A DNA stretch of 64,000 nt, taken from contig JBGTHM010000102.1 in NCBI GenBank assembly GCA_041746255.1, positions 37,793-101,792 of the forward strand, read 5' to 3'. This stretch comes from Fibrobacteria bacterium. Lineage in GTDB: Bacteria > Fibrobacterota > Fibrobacteria > UBA11236. The translations under genes were made by a program, and so were the position numbers. The first letter of the stretch is position 1. Each line of letters opens with the position of its first letter. Shown piece by piece: positions 38,449 through 48,033 of this stretch. A model generated the notes under the pieces. That model was not told the DNA's origin, ran no database searches, and saw only the letters and a list, made by a program, of their open reading frames with translations.

Positions 38449-39537
38449 ATGTTGAATGATAAATCGTTGAATTCGGCATGGGTTGCAGGCTTGGTCTGGG
38501 CTTTGATTTCATTTTCTGGCGCCCAGGAAGCCAATACCCTCTCTTCCGCGGAGACTGAAGCCGGGTACGACCCTTTGTTCAACGGTAAGGATTTGAATAA
38601 CTGGCATGCGTACAGAAGCGACAAGGTTACAGATGCATGGCGTGTAAAAACAGACGCGCCCCTTGGACCTCGCATTGAAAACGTTGCCGGAGAAAAACGC
38701 TCGATTATGACCGACAACAAATACCAAAACTTTGACATCAAGATTGATGTCAAAGTTACTCGAGATGGAAATAGCGGGATTTTTACCCGATATGAAGAGA
38801 CTGCACTGACCGAGAAAGATGCCCGATCCGGTCCTGAATTCCAAGTATGTGGGCCTGAAAATAACGATTGCAGTTTGGAAAAGAGGCATTTTGGCTCAGT
38901 CTACGATTTGTTCGGAGTGTCCAGCTCGATCCGTGATACCTGGTACAACGCCCATGGTCAATGGAATCAAATTCGCATCGTGGCCTTCGATAGCAATTAT
39001 GCCCATTATGGAAACGGAAAAAAATTGCTCGAATATAAAATCGGAACAGCCGAGTTCATCAAAGCCTTCAATGCCAGCAAATATGCCAATGATGTAAACA
39101 ACCGCCGCTACTACCATATTCATCCGGGTGCGATAATGTTGCAGCATCATGGCGAGCATGGCATGGCTTTCCGAAACCTGAAAGCCAAGGAATTAACAGT
39201 TCACCCTTTCCTGAAGGAATTTCCGGATGGAAAATGGCCTGAAGAATTGCCCCAGGATTTTGTTTTCGGGCCGCCCACGACAAGTTTGGGTTCGGGAATG
39301 GAGTTGGTCCCGTCCCAAATCACCGCTAGGCATCGAGGTTCCGGCGCTATCATGGTAAGCGTTCCGCTTGGGCACATCGATTTCCAAGTCACGGATGTCC
39401 ATGGAAGGCAGGTGCCATTCATAGAAATGGGCGAGGGGAGATATTCGCTTTCACGACACGAAGGTAAATTCGGAATAGTCGTTATTCGCGCCATCTTGGG
39501 CAATCAGTCATTGTCGACGATCATCAATCTCTATTAG
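38449..39537 (+). CDS. Secreted DUF1080 (3-keto-disaccharide hydrolase-like) protein with C-terminal T9SS-like tail
   Basis: LFNGKDLNNW, GNSGIF, GPEFQV, GSVYD, WNQIRI, IMLQHHG...FRNLK. Confidence 0.88.
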   Translation: MLNDKSLNSAWVAGLVWALISFSGAQEANTLSSAETEAGYDPLFNGKDLNNWHAYRSDKVTDAWRVKTDAPLGPRIENVAGEKRSIMTDNKYQNFDIKIDVKVTRDGNSGIFTRYEETALTEKDARSGPEFQVCGPENNDCSLEKRHFGSVYDLFGVSSSIRDTWYNAHGQWNQIRIVAFDSNYAHYGNGKKLLEYKIGTAEFIKAFNASKYANDVNNRRYYHIHPGAIMLQHHGEHGMAFRNLKAKELTVHPFLKEFPDGKWPEELPQDFVFGPPTTSLGSGMELVPSQITARHRGSGAIMVSVPLGHIDFQVTDVHGRQVPFIEMGEGRYSLSRHEGKFGIVVIRAILGNQSLSTIINLY

Positions 39538-39950
39538 GATTTGGCCCCTTCATTTTGAGAGACCCTCTTTCCCAAAACATCCTTGTGACCCTCCATCGAA
39601 ACGCCGATGGCCAAGTACACACATTTGTTTTGCACGTGGCCACCCTCCCGGCCTGTGCAGCGAAAGGATTTTGTCATCGAAGCCGTCGAATCGGCTCTTT
39701 CCGGAATTATTGCCTTCGGTAGTATGCTTGGAATAACAGAGGTGATCGGTCATCTCTCCTCACAGGACCCGTTCCAATAGGGCTTTGGTCAGCTGCTTCA
39801 GAATCGCATTTTCCCCGAGCATGTCCTCGGGCTTTTGGTAATCTTTCAGCAATTCATCGAGAAGTTCATTTTTAATGGTCATCAGTTTCCGTTCAAGGAA
39901 AAGTTAGCCTTATAGGCAATGATCATTTACACGGAACTTTTTACACCCTC
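39538..39950 (-). mobile_element. Degenerate IS256-family insertion sequence (left end plus internally deleted transposase pseudogene)
   Basis: End GAGGGTGTAAAAAGTTCCGTGTAAAT at 39950. ATG 39882 gives MTIKNELLDELLKDYQKPEDMLGENAILKQLTKALLERVL*GEMTDHL...GKSR/FDGFDDKILSL, then after a frameshift HVQNKCVYLAIGVSMEGHKDVLG...QNEGAK. Confidence 0.85.
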
Positions 39951-39997
39951 CCGGTTTATGAGCTATGTGTTTCCCAAATTCTGTGTTGGCATCCATT

Positions 39998-40030
39998 CGC
40001 CGAACTTAACGTTAATGCTAAGTTCGAGCG
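39998..40030. repeat. Inverted repeat downstream of the NRAMP-like gene (terminator or REP-like)
   Basis: CGC-CGAACTTA...TAAGTTCG-a-GCG. Confidence 0.45.
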
Positions 40031-40131
40031 GAAAAATTGTGGAGTTTTCTGATGTGTGTACGACTTGCAAAGGAATACGCTTGATGGACCTTCTGGAAGG
40101 AATGGTTTCTGCCTTTCCAACCATATATCCT

Positions 40132-41862
40132 TTATGCGAGTTGCTTCTTCCTGAAAATCTGCACCGCTAATGCGAACACGATAAATGCGACCGCGATGGA
40201 AACTCCGGTCCAATGGGCCTTGTCCCAAATGCTCCAGCCGGCGGCTATCAGCGCTCCCAAAGTGGCGACTCCCATAAGCAAATTCCAAAGCAAGCGTTGG
40301 TTACCGCGAACAATCTGGTCACCCATCAGGCTTTTAGAGTTCATCATCAGGAGAAAGGTCAAGTAGGCGATAGGCAAGAATATCATGCCGATGATGGAAG
40401 TGGGCACGGCCAGCCAGAAAGCGGTTTTACCCGACCAGATGAAGGGGCCCAACACGCCCACCGATGCCAGCATGGCGCCTATACGATGGGTTTTGCCACC
40501 CTGAGGGACTCCTAACATCTCGCATACCACGAAGCCGGAAATAAGCATGAGTATGACAATGGTGGATAGTCCCATGCCCAGCACTCCCAGGCCGAAGACT
40601 GCGTTGGCCACCGTGCTTCCGGTTAAAGGCGCCAAGGCGCTGGAGAGATGGAAGGCGTCGCGCTTGACCAGCATGGCGGCCATGCGTTTATCGCCCTCGG
40701 GTAGGGCAGCGCGGATTTCCGCTTTGGCTTCAGGGGCGAGCGAGGTATAGTCCGCTCCCATCTCGGCGGACAGCCTAGAATCCAACAGCCCATTAAATTG
40801 GCCAACCAATGCGGGTGGCGCATTGCCACCGTCCAATAATCCCGCTCCGGGTTTTGCATGGAATTGGCTGGCGGAGGCAATGACGATACATCCGGTGACC
40901 AATACGAAGGGGATGACCATACCGGTGCTGAGATCGAAAATCGCCAACCCGCGAAAATGTTTATCCCAGCCCCGCGCCAACATCGAATAGGGTAAGAGAA
41001 AAGTCATATTGATTCCCACAGCGGCGGCGGCGGCGGCAATCATTACATCGCGTTGCATGGAAAGAATGTTATTCGACCAGAAGGCACGAAATTCGGGCGC
41101 AACAGCTTGCAAGGCGGGGCCAAAAGTTTCGGCGGGGTGGCTCCATTGTGAGAGGTCGGGGATGAATCCGCTGAAGATCTCACCCCAGGGTAGACCATCG
41201 CCGGTAAAGGCGAGTTTAAGGACCACGCCAAAAAAGCTGATAACGACCAATCCTACCAGGCCTTTCAAAAGCCTTTCGAACAATTTTACGCCTTTTCCTT
41301 TGCTGTCGTAAGTAAAGACAATAGCCGTGGCGGTGATAAAAAGAAGCGCACAAATAATGATTTTTCCGCCTATATCGCCGAAGATTCCTTCCGCTCCTAG
41401 AATTCCGGGAAGCAGGTTTTGCTGCACCACGGCTGTACTCAAGCTGAATTGAGGCAGACACCAGACCATACTGGCCATAAGGGATGCCAAGGCCCATCCC
41501 CATCCCAGAACCGGATTAATATGCCGGTTGATGGCGGCAAAGGGCCTTTCCCGGGTGGAAAGGGTGACATAGGAGATGGCCGAAAGCATGACCACGCCCA
41601 GTACGACTGCGAGAACCTGCAACCAAAGCATGGAATAACCCGCGATTACCCCCAGAAACAAAGCACCGGAGAGAGAGCCGCCCCCCAGCGTGATGGCGCT
41701 TTGCAGCCATCCGGGACCGGAGAGTTTCACATATGCTTTGAGGGCGGGCCCGGTTCCCCGGGCTTGGGCATCGCGCAATAGGGCACGATCGGCCGCCACT
41801 TGGGCGGATGGTTCAATCTGGGCCGCTTCGCGCGTTGCGCTGGACGTTTCAGCTGATTTCAT
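40132..41862 (-). CDS. NRAMP-superfamily (APC fold) membrane transporter without the canonical metal motif
   Basis: GPGWLQSAITLGGGS in TM1, about 11-12 TMs, AAVGINMTFLLPYS. Confidence 0.75.
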   Translation of the reverse strand: MKSAETSSATREAAQIEPSAQVAADRALLRDAQARGTGPALKAYVKLSGPGWLQSAITLGGGSLSGALFLGVIAGYSMLWLQVLAVVLGVVMLSAISYVTLSTRERPFAAINRHINPVLGWGWALASLMASMVWCLPQFSLSTAVVQQNLLPGILGAEGIFGDIGGKIIICALLFITATAIVFTYDSKGKGVKLFERLLKGLVGLVVISFFGVVLKLAFTGDGLPWGEIFSGFIPDLSQWSHPAETFGPALQAVAPEFRAFWSNNILSMQRDVMIAAAAAAVGINMTFLLPYSMLARGWDKHFRGLAIFDLSTGMVIPFVLVTGCIVIASASQFHAKPGAGLLDGGNAPPALVGQFNGLLDSRLSAEMGADYTSLAPEAKAEIRAALPEGDKRMAAMLVKRDAFHLSSALAPLTGSTVANAVFGLGVLGMGLSTIVILMLISGFVVCEMLGVPQGGKTHRIGAMLASVGVLGPFIWSGKTAFWLAVPTSIIGMIFLPIAYLTFLLMMNSKSLMGDQIVRGNQRLLWNLLMGVATLGALIAAGWSIWDKAHWTGVSIAVAFIVFALAVQIFRKKQLA

Positions 41863-41950
41863 AGGGTTTCCTTGATGTTTTTGAATGGTCGGACCCGCGC
41901 GAAAGCCGATTCGCGGGACAGGGTAATAAATTTAGATCCAATCTATACAC

Positions 41951-41998
41951 TTCAGAAATTATTTCCTGAAAAAAGTTGATATGTAACTACTTTTTCAG
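41951..41998. promoter_or_regulatory. Overlapping imperfect palindromes in the divergent promoter region
   Basis: TTCAGAAATTATTTCCTGAA and CTGAAAAAAGTT...AACTACTTTTTCAG. Confidence 0.4.
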
Positions 41999-42171
41999 AG
42001 AAAAATTGTGCAACCCCTTCCCAAACAGAGCAATTCCGGGGAAAACGATTTGCACTCCTGGAAAGAGGCTGGATCAAGGTCTGGCGCCGATTTGGCCTGT
42101 TGCGCCGGATTTTTTCCATTTTTCCGGATACGAAATCGTACCCTGGAACGTTTTTAACATTGAGGAAAAAA

Positions 42172-43149
42172 ATGATCCGAGTTCTTGTTACCACTACATC
42201 CTTTCAAGATACCCCAGGTCCTCATCACCAGCAATTGGCGGATGCCGGTTATGAAATGATTACCGCCAGAGGCCCTTTGTCCGAAGACCAACTTTTGGAG
42301 TTGGTCGGCGATGTGGATGCGATTTTGTGCGGGGACGACGTCATCAGCGAAAAGGTATTGAAAAAGGCCTTGCCCCGATTGAAAGTCATCAGCAAATACG
42401 GTATCGGCGTGGATAAAATCGACGTCAAGGCCGTAACCGAGGCAGGCATTCCTCTGGGTTTCTGTCCGGGAGTGAATCACACCACGGTGGCCGAACATGT
42501 ATTCCTTCTCATGCTGGCGCTTTCCAAAAACTTTCTGGAACAAGCCGATATTACACGCACGGGGTCGTGGAAAAGGTTGATTGGCCATGAAATCCGGGAT
42601 AAGACCCTTGGGATTCTCGGCATGGGGCGTATCGGAAAAGAAGTGGCGATACGGGGCGCAGCCTTTGGAATGAAGGTGATTGCCCACGATGTTTATTGGG
42701 ACGAGGCTTTCGCCGCTTCTCACAACGTGAAAAGAGCCGCTAACGTCGAAGAGTTACTGGCCGCCGTGGACGTGGTCTCCATTCATACCAATCTCAGCGA
42801 TTCGACGCGAAACCTTTTTAATCGCCGTACCTTCGACATGATGAAAAAAGGCGCGGTTATCATCAATACCGCCCGCGGAGAAATCGTCAATACCGCGGAT
42901 ATGGTCGAAGCCCTGGCATCGGGAAGTATCGGCGGGTTCGGAACCGACGTGCTCGACGTCGAGCCTCCTCCCGCGGATCATCCGCTGTTGCGCGCCAAGA
43001 ATTGCATCGTGACTCCCCATATCGGTTCCCGGACCTACGAAAGCGTGGTTCGGCAGGCAGGCATGGCAACCGACAATCTGATTTTGATGCTGCAAGGCAA
43101 AAAACCCTTGGCTCAGGTCAACGAAGTGGCTCCCATAAAACCAGCGTAA
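42172..43149 (+). CDS. D-2-hydroxyacid dehydrogenase (SerA-like, no ACT domain)
   Basis: GIGVDKID, GMGRIG, INTARG, DVEP, TPHIG. Confidence 0.9.
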   Translation: MIRVLVTTTSFQDTPGPHHQQLADAGYEMITARGPLSEDQLLELVGDVDAILCGDDVISEKVLKKALPRLKVISKYGIGVDKIDVKAVTEAGIPLGFCPGVNHTTVAEHVFLLMLALSKNFLEQADITRTGSWKRLIGHEIRDKTLGILGMGRIGKEVAIRGAAFGMKVIAHDVYWDEAFAASHNVKRAANVEELLAAVDVVSIHTNLSDSTRNLFNRRTFDMMKKGAVIINTARGEIVNTADMVEALASGSIGGFGTDVLDVEPPPADHPLLRAKNCIVTPHIGSRTYESVVRQAGMATDNLILMLQGKKPLAQVNEVAPIKPA

Positions 43150-43179
43150 CCTACACATAACCCCTTAAGCGAGTAAAAC

Positions 43180-44271
43180 ATGACCGAAGAATTTTTCGTC
43201 GTGCCCCAAGACCAGCACGACCAATTGATTAAGCAAGCCTACCTTCACCGCGGTTACTCCCAGTCGGAATCCGAACTGGCGGCGCGGTTCTCCAGCTATG
43301 CTTCGCGGCATGGCATTCGAACCCACAATGCCATCAAGGCCTTGCATCTCGACCACCTCTTCGGAAGCGGCGCCGGTGGCTGTAAACCCAATGTGGCCAT
43401 CGAAAAATTGCCCAGCCGTTTCCCTGCATCCGAAGTATGGAACGCCAACCTCAAATTGGGTCAAGCCGTCGCCTACGAAGCCATGGATAGGGCGATGGAA
43501 TTGGCCGACAAATATGGCGTCGGCATGGTTTCCGTAGATAACGCATTTCATTATCTCTGGGGAGGCGGTTACGTCATGTATGCCGCCAATAAGGGATATA
43601 TCGCTTATACCAATTGCACCGCCGCGCTCGCGGAAGTAGTCCCCTTCAAGGGAAGCAAGGCCACCTTGGGCACCAATCCCCATAGTTGGGGATTTCCCAC
43701 TACCGATGCCGTCGGATTTCCCATTGTCGTGGATTGGGCTACTTCCGTCATGGCCATGGGTCGCGTTCAGCAATTGGTGCGTGAGGGCAAGCCGCTTCCG
43801 CCGGACGCAGCGGTAGACAAGGATGGCCGCCCGACCACCGTGGCTGCGGAAGCCGTGGCCCTGTTGCCTTTCGGAGCGCATAAGGGGTATAGCCTTTCTT
43901 TAATCAACGAAATCGTGGGCGCCTTTATCGGCGGATCCTTGCCGACCGTCCGCAGCCGCTGGGCGGATGACGGCGAGAAGCACAGCCCCTGTTTCTTTTT
44001 CCAGGTTATTCACCCCGACGCGATTTCTTCCGGCAGCTTCGCTCAAGGCAGGAATCAATCGGCCAACATCAAGGCCGTCATTGCGGACATCCTCTCGGGC
44101 GGCAACAGCGAATGTCTGCTGCCCGGACAATTGGAAGCCGAGGCGGCGAAGCGTAGTGACAAAAATAACGGACTGCTTTTTTCGGGAGCCGAGATACAGG
44201 CCTTGGCCGAAATCGCAACCGAGTGCGGTTTCCAGGGTTGGGATCCCGCGGAGTTTTCCAAAGCAATCTGA
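43180..44271 (+). CDS. Ldh_2 family oxidoreductase (YiaK/AllD-like)
   Basis: HGIRTH, LGTNP, VVDWATS, LLPFGAHKGYSL, LLPG. Confidence 0.88.
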   Translation: MTEEFFVVPQDQHDQLIKQAYLHRGYSQSESELAARFSSYASRHGIRTHNAIKALHLDHLFGSGAGGCKPNVAIEKLPSRFPASEVWNANLKLGQAVAYEAMDRAMELADKYGVGMVSVDNAFHYLWGGGYVMYAANKGYIAYTNCTAALAEVVPFKGSKATLGTNPHSWGFPTTDAVGFPIVVDWATSVMAMGRVQQLVREGKPLPPDAAVDKDGRPTTVAAEAVALLPFGAHKGYSLSLINEIVGAFIGGSLPTVRSRWADDGEKHSPCFFFQVIHPDAISSGSFAQGRNQSANIKAVIADILSGGNSECLLPGQLEAEAAKRSDKNNGLLFSGAEIQALAEIATECGFQGWDPAEFSKAI

Positions 44272-44297
44272 TACACAAATTCTGAAAGGCAATTTCC

Positions 44298-45089
44298 ATG
44301 TCGACTTCCGAAACTTTTCTCGCTTCCCTGTTTTCCCTGGAAGGAAAAGCCGCACTCGTCATCGGAGGCACGGGTGAGCTCTGCGGCGTAATGGCCGAAG
44401 GCTTGGCCCAGGCCGGCGCCGAAGTCGTGCTGGTGGGAAGAAACCGCGAAAAGGCGGATGCCCGCTTGCAACGCATAACCGAGGCCGGCGGCAAAGGTTG
44501 GTTTCTGGAAGCGGATGTTTGCGAGAAGTCGGCCTTTGAAGATGTGCTCGCTAAAACCGTCGCCAAATGCGGGCGGGTGGACATTCTCATCAACGGCGCC
44601 GGAGTCAATTCGGCTACTCCTTTTTTCGAAATCAGCGAAGAAGAGAATCAGCGCATCTTCGATGTCAATTACAAGTCCGTCCTGCAAGGATGCCAGGTCG
44701 TCGGCCGGCACATGGTCGAATCCGGAAAGGGCGGCTCCATTATCAACCTCGGGTCCATGAGTGGAGTGGTGCCGCTTTCGCGGGTCTTTACCTATTCCGC
44801 CTCCAAAGCCGCGGTGCATAATCTTTCCAAGAACCTGGCCAGGGAGTGGGCTCCGAAAGGGGTTCGCGTCAATACTTTGGTGCCCGGTTTTTTCCCCGCG
44901 GAGCAGAACCGTAAAGTGCTCACTCCCGATCGGGTGGAAAAAATCATGGGGCATACTCCCATGTCACGCTTCGGCGAGGGACGGGAACTTATCGGCGCCA
45001 CCCTTTTATTGGCCGCACAGGGCGCGGGAAGTTTTATCACCGGGCTGGAATTGATCGTCGACGGCGGCTATTCCTCCATGACCATTTAA
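44298..45089 (+). CDS. SDR oxidoreductase (D-mannonate oxidoreductase/KduD-like)
   Basis: [36 protein letters not shown]. Confidence 0.85.
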   Translation: MSTSETFLASLFSLEGKAALVIGGTGELCGVMAEGLAQAGAEVVLVGRNREKADARLQRITEAGGKGWFLEADVCEKSAFEDVLAKTVAKCGRVDILINGAGVNSATPFFEISEEENQRIFDVNYKSVLQGCQVVGRHMVESGKGGSIINLGSMSGVVPLSRVFTYSASKAAVHNLSKNLAREWAPKGVRVNTLVPGFFPAEQNRKVLTPDRVEKIMGHTPMSRFGEGRELIGATLLLAAQGAGSFITGLELIVDGGYSSMTI

Positions 45090-45139
45090 TCCGCCGACCA
45101 CAGCGGACAACGGATCGCACAGCAAAACAAGGATTCACA

Positions 45140-46555
45140 ATGAGTTTCATCACAGATAATTTCATGCTGCAAAGCGACGTCGCGGCCAGGCTGTATCACG
45201 AACATGCCGCCAAACAACCTATCATCGATTATCACTGCCACCTTTTCCCCCAAGACGTGGCCAACAATCGCCGTTTCGCCAACCTATTCGAGATATGGCT
45301 GGAAGGCGACCATTATAAATGGCGGGCTATGCGCGCGAACGGCGAGCCGGAATCGCTCGTAACGGGTAGCGGAGATCCCCATGCCAAGTGCATGGCTTGG
45401 GCGAGAACCGTCCCCGCCGCTTTGCGGAATCCCCTTTACCATTGGAGTCACCTCGAGCTCAAACGCTATCTCGGCATCGATTTGCTTATCAATGAGAAGA
45501 ACGGTGAAGAAATCTGGCGTCAGGCCAACGAAAAGCTGAAAAGCCCCGAGTTGTCGGCCCATGGAATTTTGAACAATTTCCGCGTTCACGTGGTTTGCAC
45601 CACCGACGATCCCGCCGACGACCTGGCCCACCACAAGACCATCGCCGCTTCCGGATTGCGTACCAAGGTGTATCCTACCTTTCGGCCGGACAACTCCTTG
45701 GCCATCGAAGACGCCCGAAACTTCAATGAGTGGATAGGCAAGTTGGAGCGCGTGACCGGCAAGGAAATCACTTCCTTGGACGGCTTGCTTGACGCGCTTA
45801 AGGGACGGCACGACTATTTTCATTCCCTGGGCTGCCGAGTCTCCGATCACGGGCTACCCCATTGCCATGCGGAGGATTGCACCGAAAGGGAGGCCGCCAC
45901 CCTGTTCGATAGAACGCGTTCGGGAAAAGACGCTTCTCCGGCGGAGCGGGAGAAATTCGCTTCCTATATGATGCATTTTTTCGGAATTCTCGACGCCGAA
46001 AAAGGCTGGACCAAACAATTGCACCTGGGGCCCATCCGCAACAACAATACTCGCCTGTTCAAATCGCTTGGGCGGGACGTGGGAGGGGACTCCATCGGCG
46101 ACTACCCGCAAGCGGCATCGCTCTCCCGTTACCTCGACCGGCTGGATTCTCTCGGCAAGCTACCCAAAACCATCGTCTACAACATCAACCCGAGTGACAA
46201 TTACGTTTTAGCCACCATGATTGCCAACTTCCAGGACGGCAGCATTCCGGGAAAGATGCAATTCGGATCGGGTTGGTGGCATCTCGACCAGCAAGACGCC
46301 ATGGAATGGCAAATCAATGCGCTGTCGCGCCTGGGGCTTCTCAGCCGCTTCGTGGGCATGCTTACCGATTCGCGCAGCTTTCTTTCTTACACGCGTCACG
46401 AATACTTCCGCCGCATTCTCTGTAACATCCTGGGCGAAGATGTCCGCCGCGGCGAAATTCCCAACGACATGGAAATGCTGGGCGGTTTGGTGGAAGATAT
46501 TTGCTACAACAACGCCAAGAACTACTTCGGTTTTAAAATCGGCGATTGGGGCTGA
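45140..46555 (+). CDS. uxaC: Uronate (glucuronate/galacturonate) isomerase
   Basis: PIIDYHCHL, GDHYKWRAMR, NPLYHWSHLEL, GMLTDSRSFLSYTRHEYFRR. Confidence 0.97.
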   Translation: MSFITDNFMLQSDVAARLYHEHAAKQPIIDYHCHLFPQDVANNRRFANLFEIWLEGDHYKWRAMRANGEPESLVTGSGDPHAKCMAWARTVPAALRNPLYHWSHLELKRYLGIDLLINEKNGEEIWRQANEKLKSPELSAHGILNNFRVHVVCTTDDPADDLAHHKTIAASGLRTKVYPTFRPDNSLAIEDARNFNEWIGKLERVTGKEITSLDGLLDALKGRHDYFHSLGCRVSDHGLPHCHAEDCTEREAATLFDRTRSGKDASPAEREKFASYMMHFFGILDAEKGWTKQLHLGPIRNNNTRLFKSLGRDVGGDSIGDYPQAASLSRYLDRLDSLGKLPKTIVYNINPSDNYVLATMIANFQDGSIPGKMQFGSGWWHLDQQDAMEWQINALSRLGLLSRFVGMLTDSRSFLSYTRHEYFRRILCNILGEDVRRGEIPNDMEMLGGLVEDICYNNAKNYFGFKIGDWG

Positions 46556-46560
46556 CGGTT

Positions 46561-46605
46561 CGAGCGGATGAAGCCGGACGGTAGCCACCGCCGGTTTCAT
46601 CCTCG
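46561..46605. terminator. Long hairpin between convergent genes
   Basis: CGAG-c-GGATGAAGCCGG-a-CGGT-agcc-ACCG-CCGGTTTCATCC-TCG. Confidence 0.6.
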
Positions 46606-46620
46606 TAAGCAAATGGCGCC

Positions 46621-47790
46621 CTATAGCCCGCCGTTTTTGTTTAACTTCATTATCCAGGCCGCTTCTTCGTCTTCGTAGTCGCCTTGCTTGGTGCCGAATA
46701 CGATTGAGCCACCGCCCGGGGATTTGAGCACATCACTGAAGCTGCTGAAAGAGGCGATATAGGGATTGCGAGGGTAAAACTTCGTCCAGATTGCTTTACC
46801 CTTCAAATCGGCTTCCACAATAGCGGGATCGTTGTTGGCCTCTCCAACCAAAATCATGGTCGAACTGGTGTTCTTATAGAATCCGTTGACTCTTGTCAAC
46901 GGGGTATTCAAAGTCAGATACCGGGTGGCGAGTCCACTATGTGCGGTAACGGTGATTAAGGTGGTGTTCGCGAAAATGACCAGGTTCCCATTGGTGGAAT
47001 GATCCAATTTATGGGCGACGCGGGTTTTGTAGTAGACTTTATCCGTAGGCGCTTGATGGTATTCGCGACGGTAATTTACTTTCAGATTTTCTTCAAAGCG
47101 AACCAGCAACGGTTTTCCGGAAATTCGGCTGAATCCGGAAACCAACAGACTCCCGTTTGAGAATTGCATTACCGACTGGAATTCATCGCCCTTTTTGCCG
47201 ATAAAACTCTTCATTTTGAAGCGATTGTTTTCATCGAAGCCGCCCAAGACGAAATACGGGTAGAAAGTCAACACCCCGCTTTCCACTCTACGGATATGCC
47301 CAACTCCCGCCATACCGCCATCTATCGTTGCCAACGATTCTATAAAGTGAATCAATTCGTTTGTTGGGTGATTGGTGAACCATGTTATCGCACCTTCTTC
47401 GTCAAAACCGTAAAAAGCGATTCCATAAGGAAAACCGTAAATGGACCCCACTCCTAATATTTCGTTTCTGCTGCCGCTGTAATCCGTAGTGAAATAACGA
47501 AAATCGCTTAATTTGGTTTTCTTAAGGGTTTTGCCATTCGGGTTGATGATGGATAGAAAGGCGTCATAGGTGGTGATATCGCCGTCGTTGTCCGAGTAAG
47601 CATTGTTCATCGCTGCAAAATTGCCGCTGGGTAAAATGCTGACATCCCTCACGTTTTCGGAACGCTGATACCGGAGCGGATTATTGAACTCGACAATTTC
47701 CCAGGTGTTGATTTTCGCCGAGACCGGGGAAAAATTGATTGAAATGCAAGCGCTCAAGGCCAGCAGGGAGGAAAGCGCGGCTTTTGGCAT
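46621..47790 (-). CDS. Hypothetical exported beta-rich (propeller-like) protein
   Basis: 389-aa ORF, hydrophobic N-terminus with possible LSAC lipobox, repeated DxxG..W and GGxIxxG blade-like motifs; visibly more AT-rich than its neighbours. Confidence 0.7.
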   Translation of the reverse strand: MPKAALSSLLALSACISINFSPVSAKINTWEIVEFNNPLRYQRSENVRDVSILPSGNFAAMNNAYSDNDGDITTYDAFLSIINPNGKTLKKTKLSDFRYFTTDYSGSRNEILGVGSIYGFPYGIAFYGFDEEGAITWFTNHPTNELIHFIESLATIDGGMAGVGHIRRVESGVLTFYPYFVLGGFDENNRFKMKSFIGKKGDEFQSVMQFSNGSLLVSGFSRISGKPLLVRFEENLKVNYRREYHQAPTDKVYYKTRVAHKLDHSTNGNLVIFANTTLITVTAHSGLATRYLTLNTPLTRVNGFYKNTSSTMILVGEANNDPAIVEADLKGKAIWTKFYPRNPYIASFSSFSDVLKSPGGGSIVFGTKQGDYEDEEAAWIMKLNKNGGL

Positions 47791-47954
47791 TGTAATCTAT
47801 CTTTGGTTTAGGTGAGTAAATATTACATCGTTACGGCTGCGAAAATAATTTCCTTATGATCTGAAAGTCAATTTGAATATGTTTTAAAATTATTTCGGTC
47901 ACGGCGATTTCAGTTACGAACCCCCTTGAGTTGGATAAAGGGCGTAAGCTCCAT

Positions 47955-47986
47955 AAAAAAGGGCCCCGGTCTGTCGACCAGGGCCC
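47955..47986 (-). terminator. Intrinsic terminator of the eda-kdgK-Gfo operon
   Basis: Minus strand GGGCCCTGGTC-gaca-GACCGGGGCCC-TTTTTT. Confidence 0.85.
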
Positions 47987-48033
47987 CTGCTTTGCAATTC
48001 GGCACAGAGGGCTGCCGCGTTTGTCGTGGCGAT

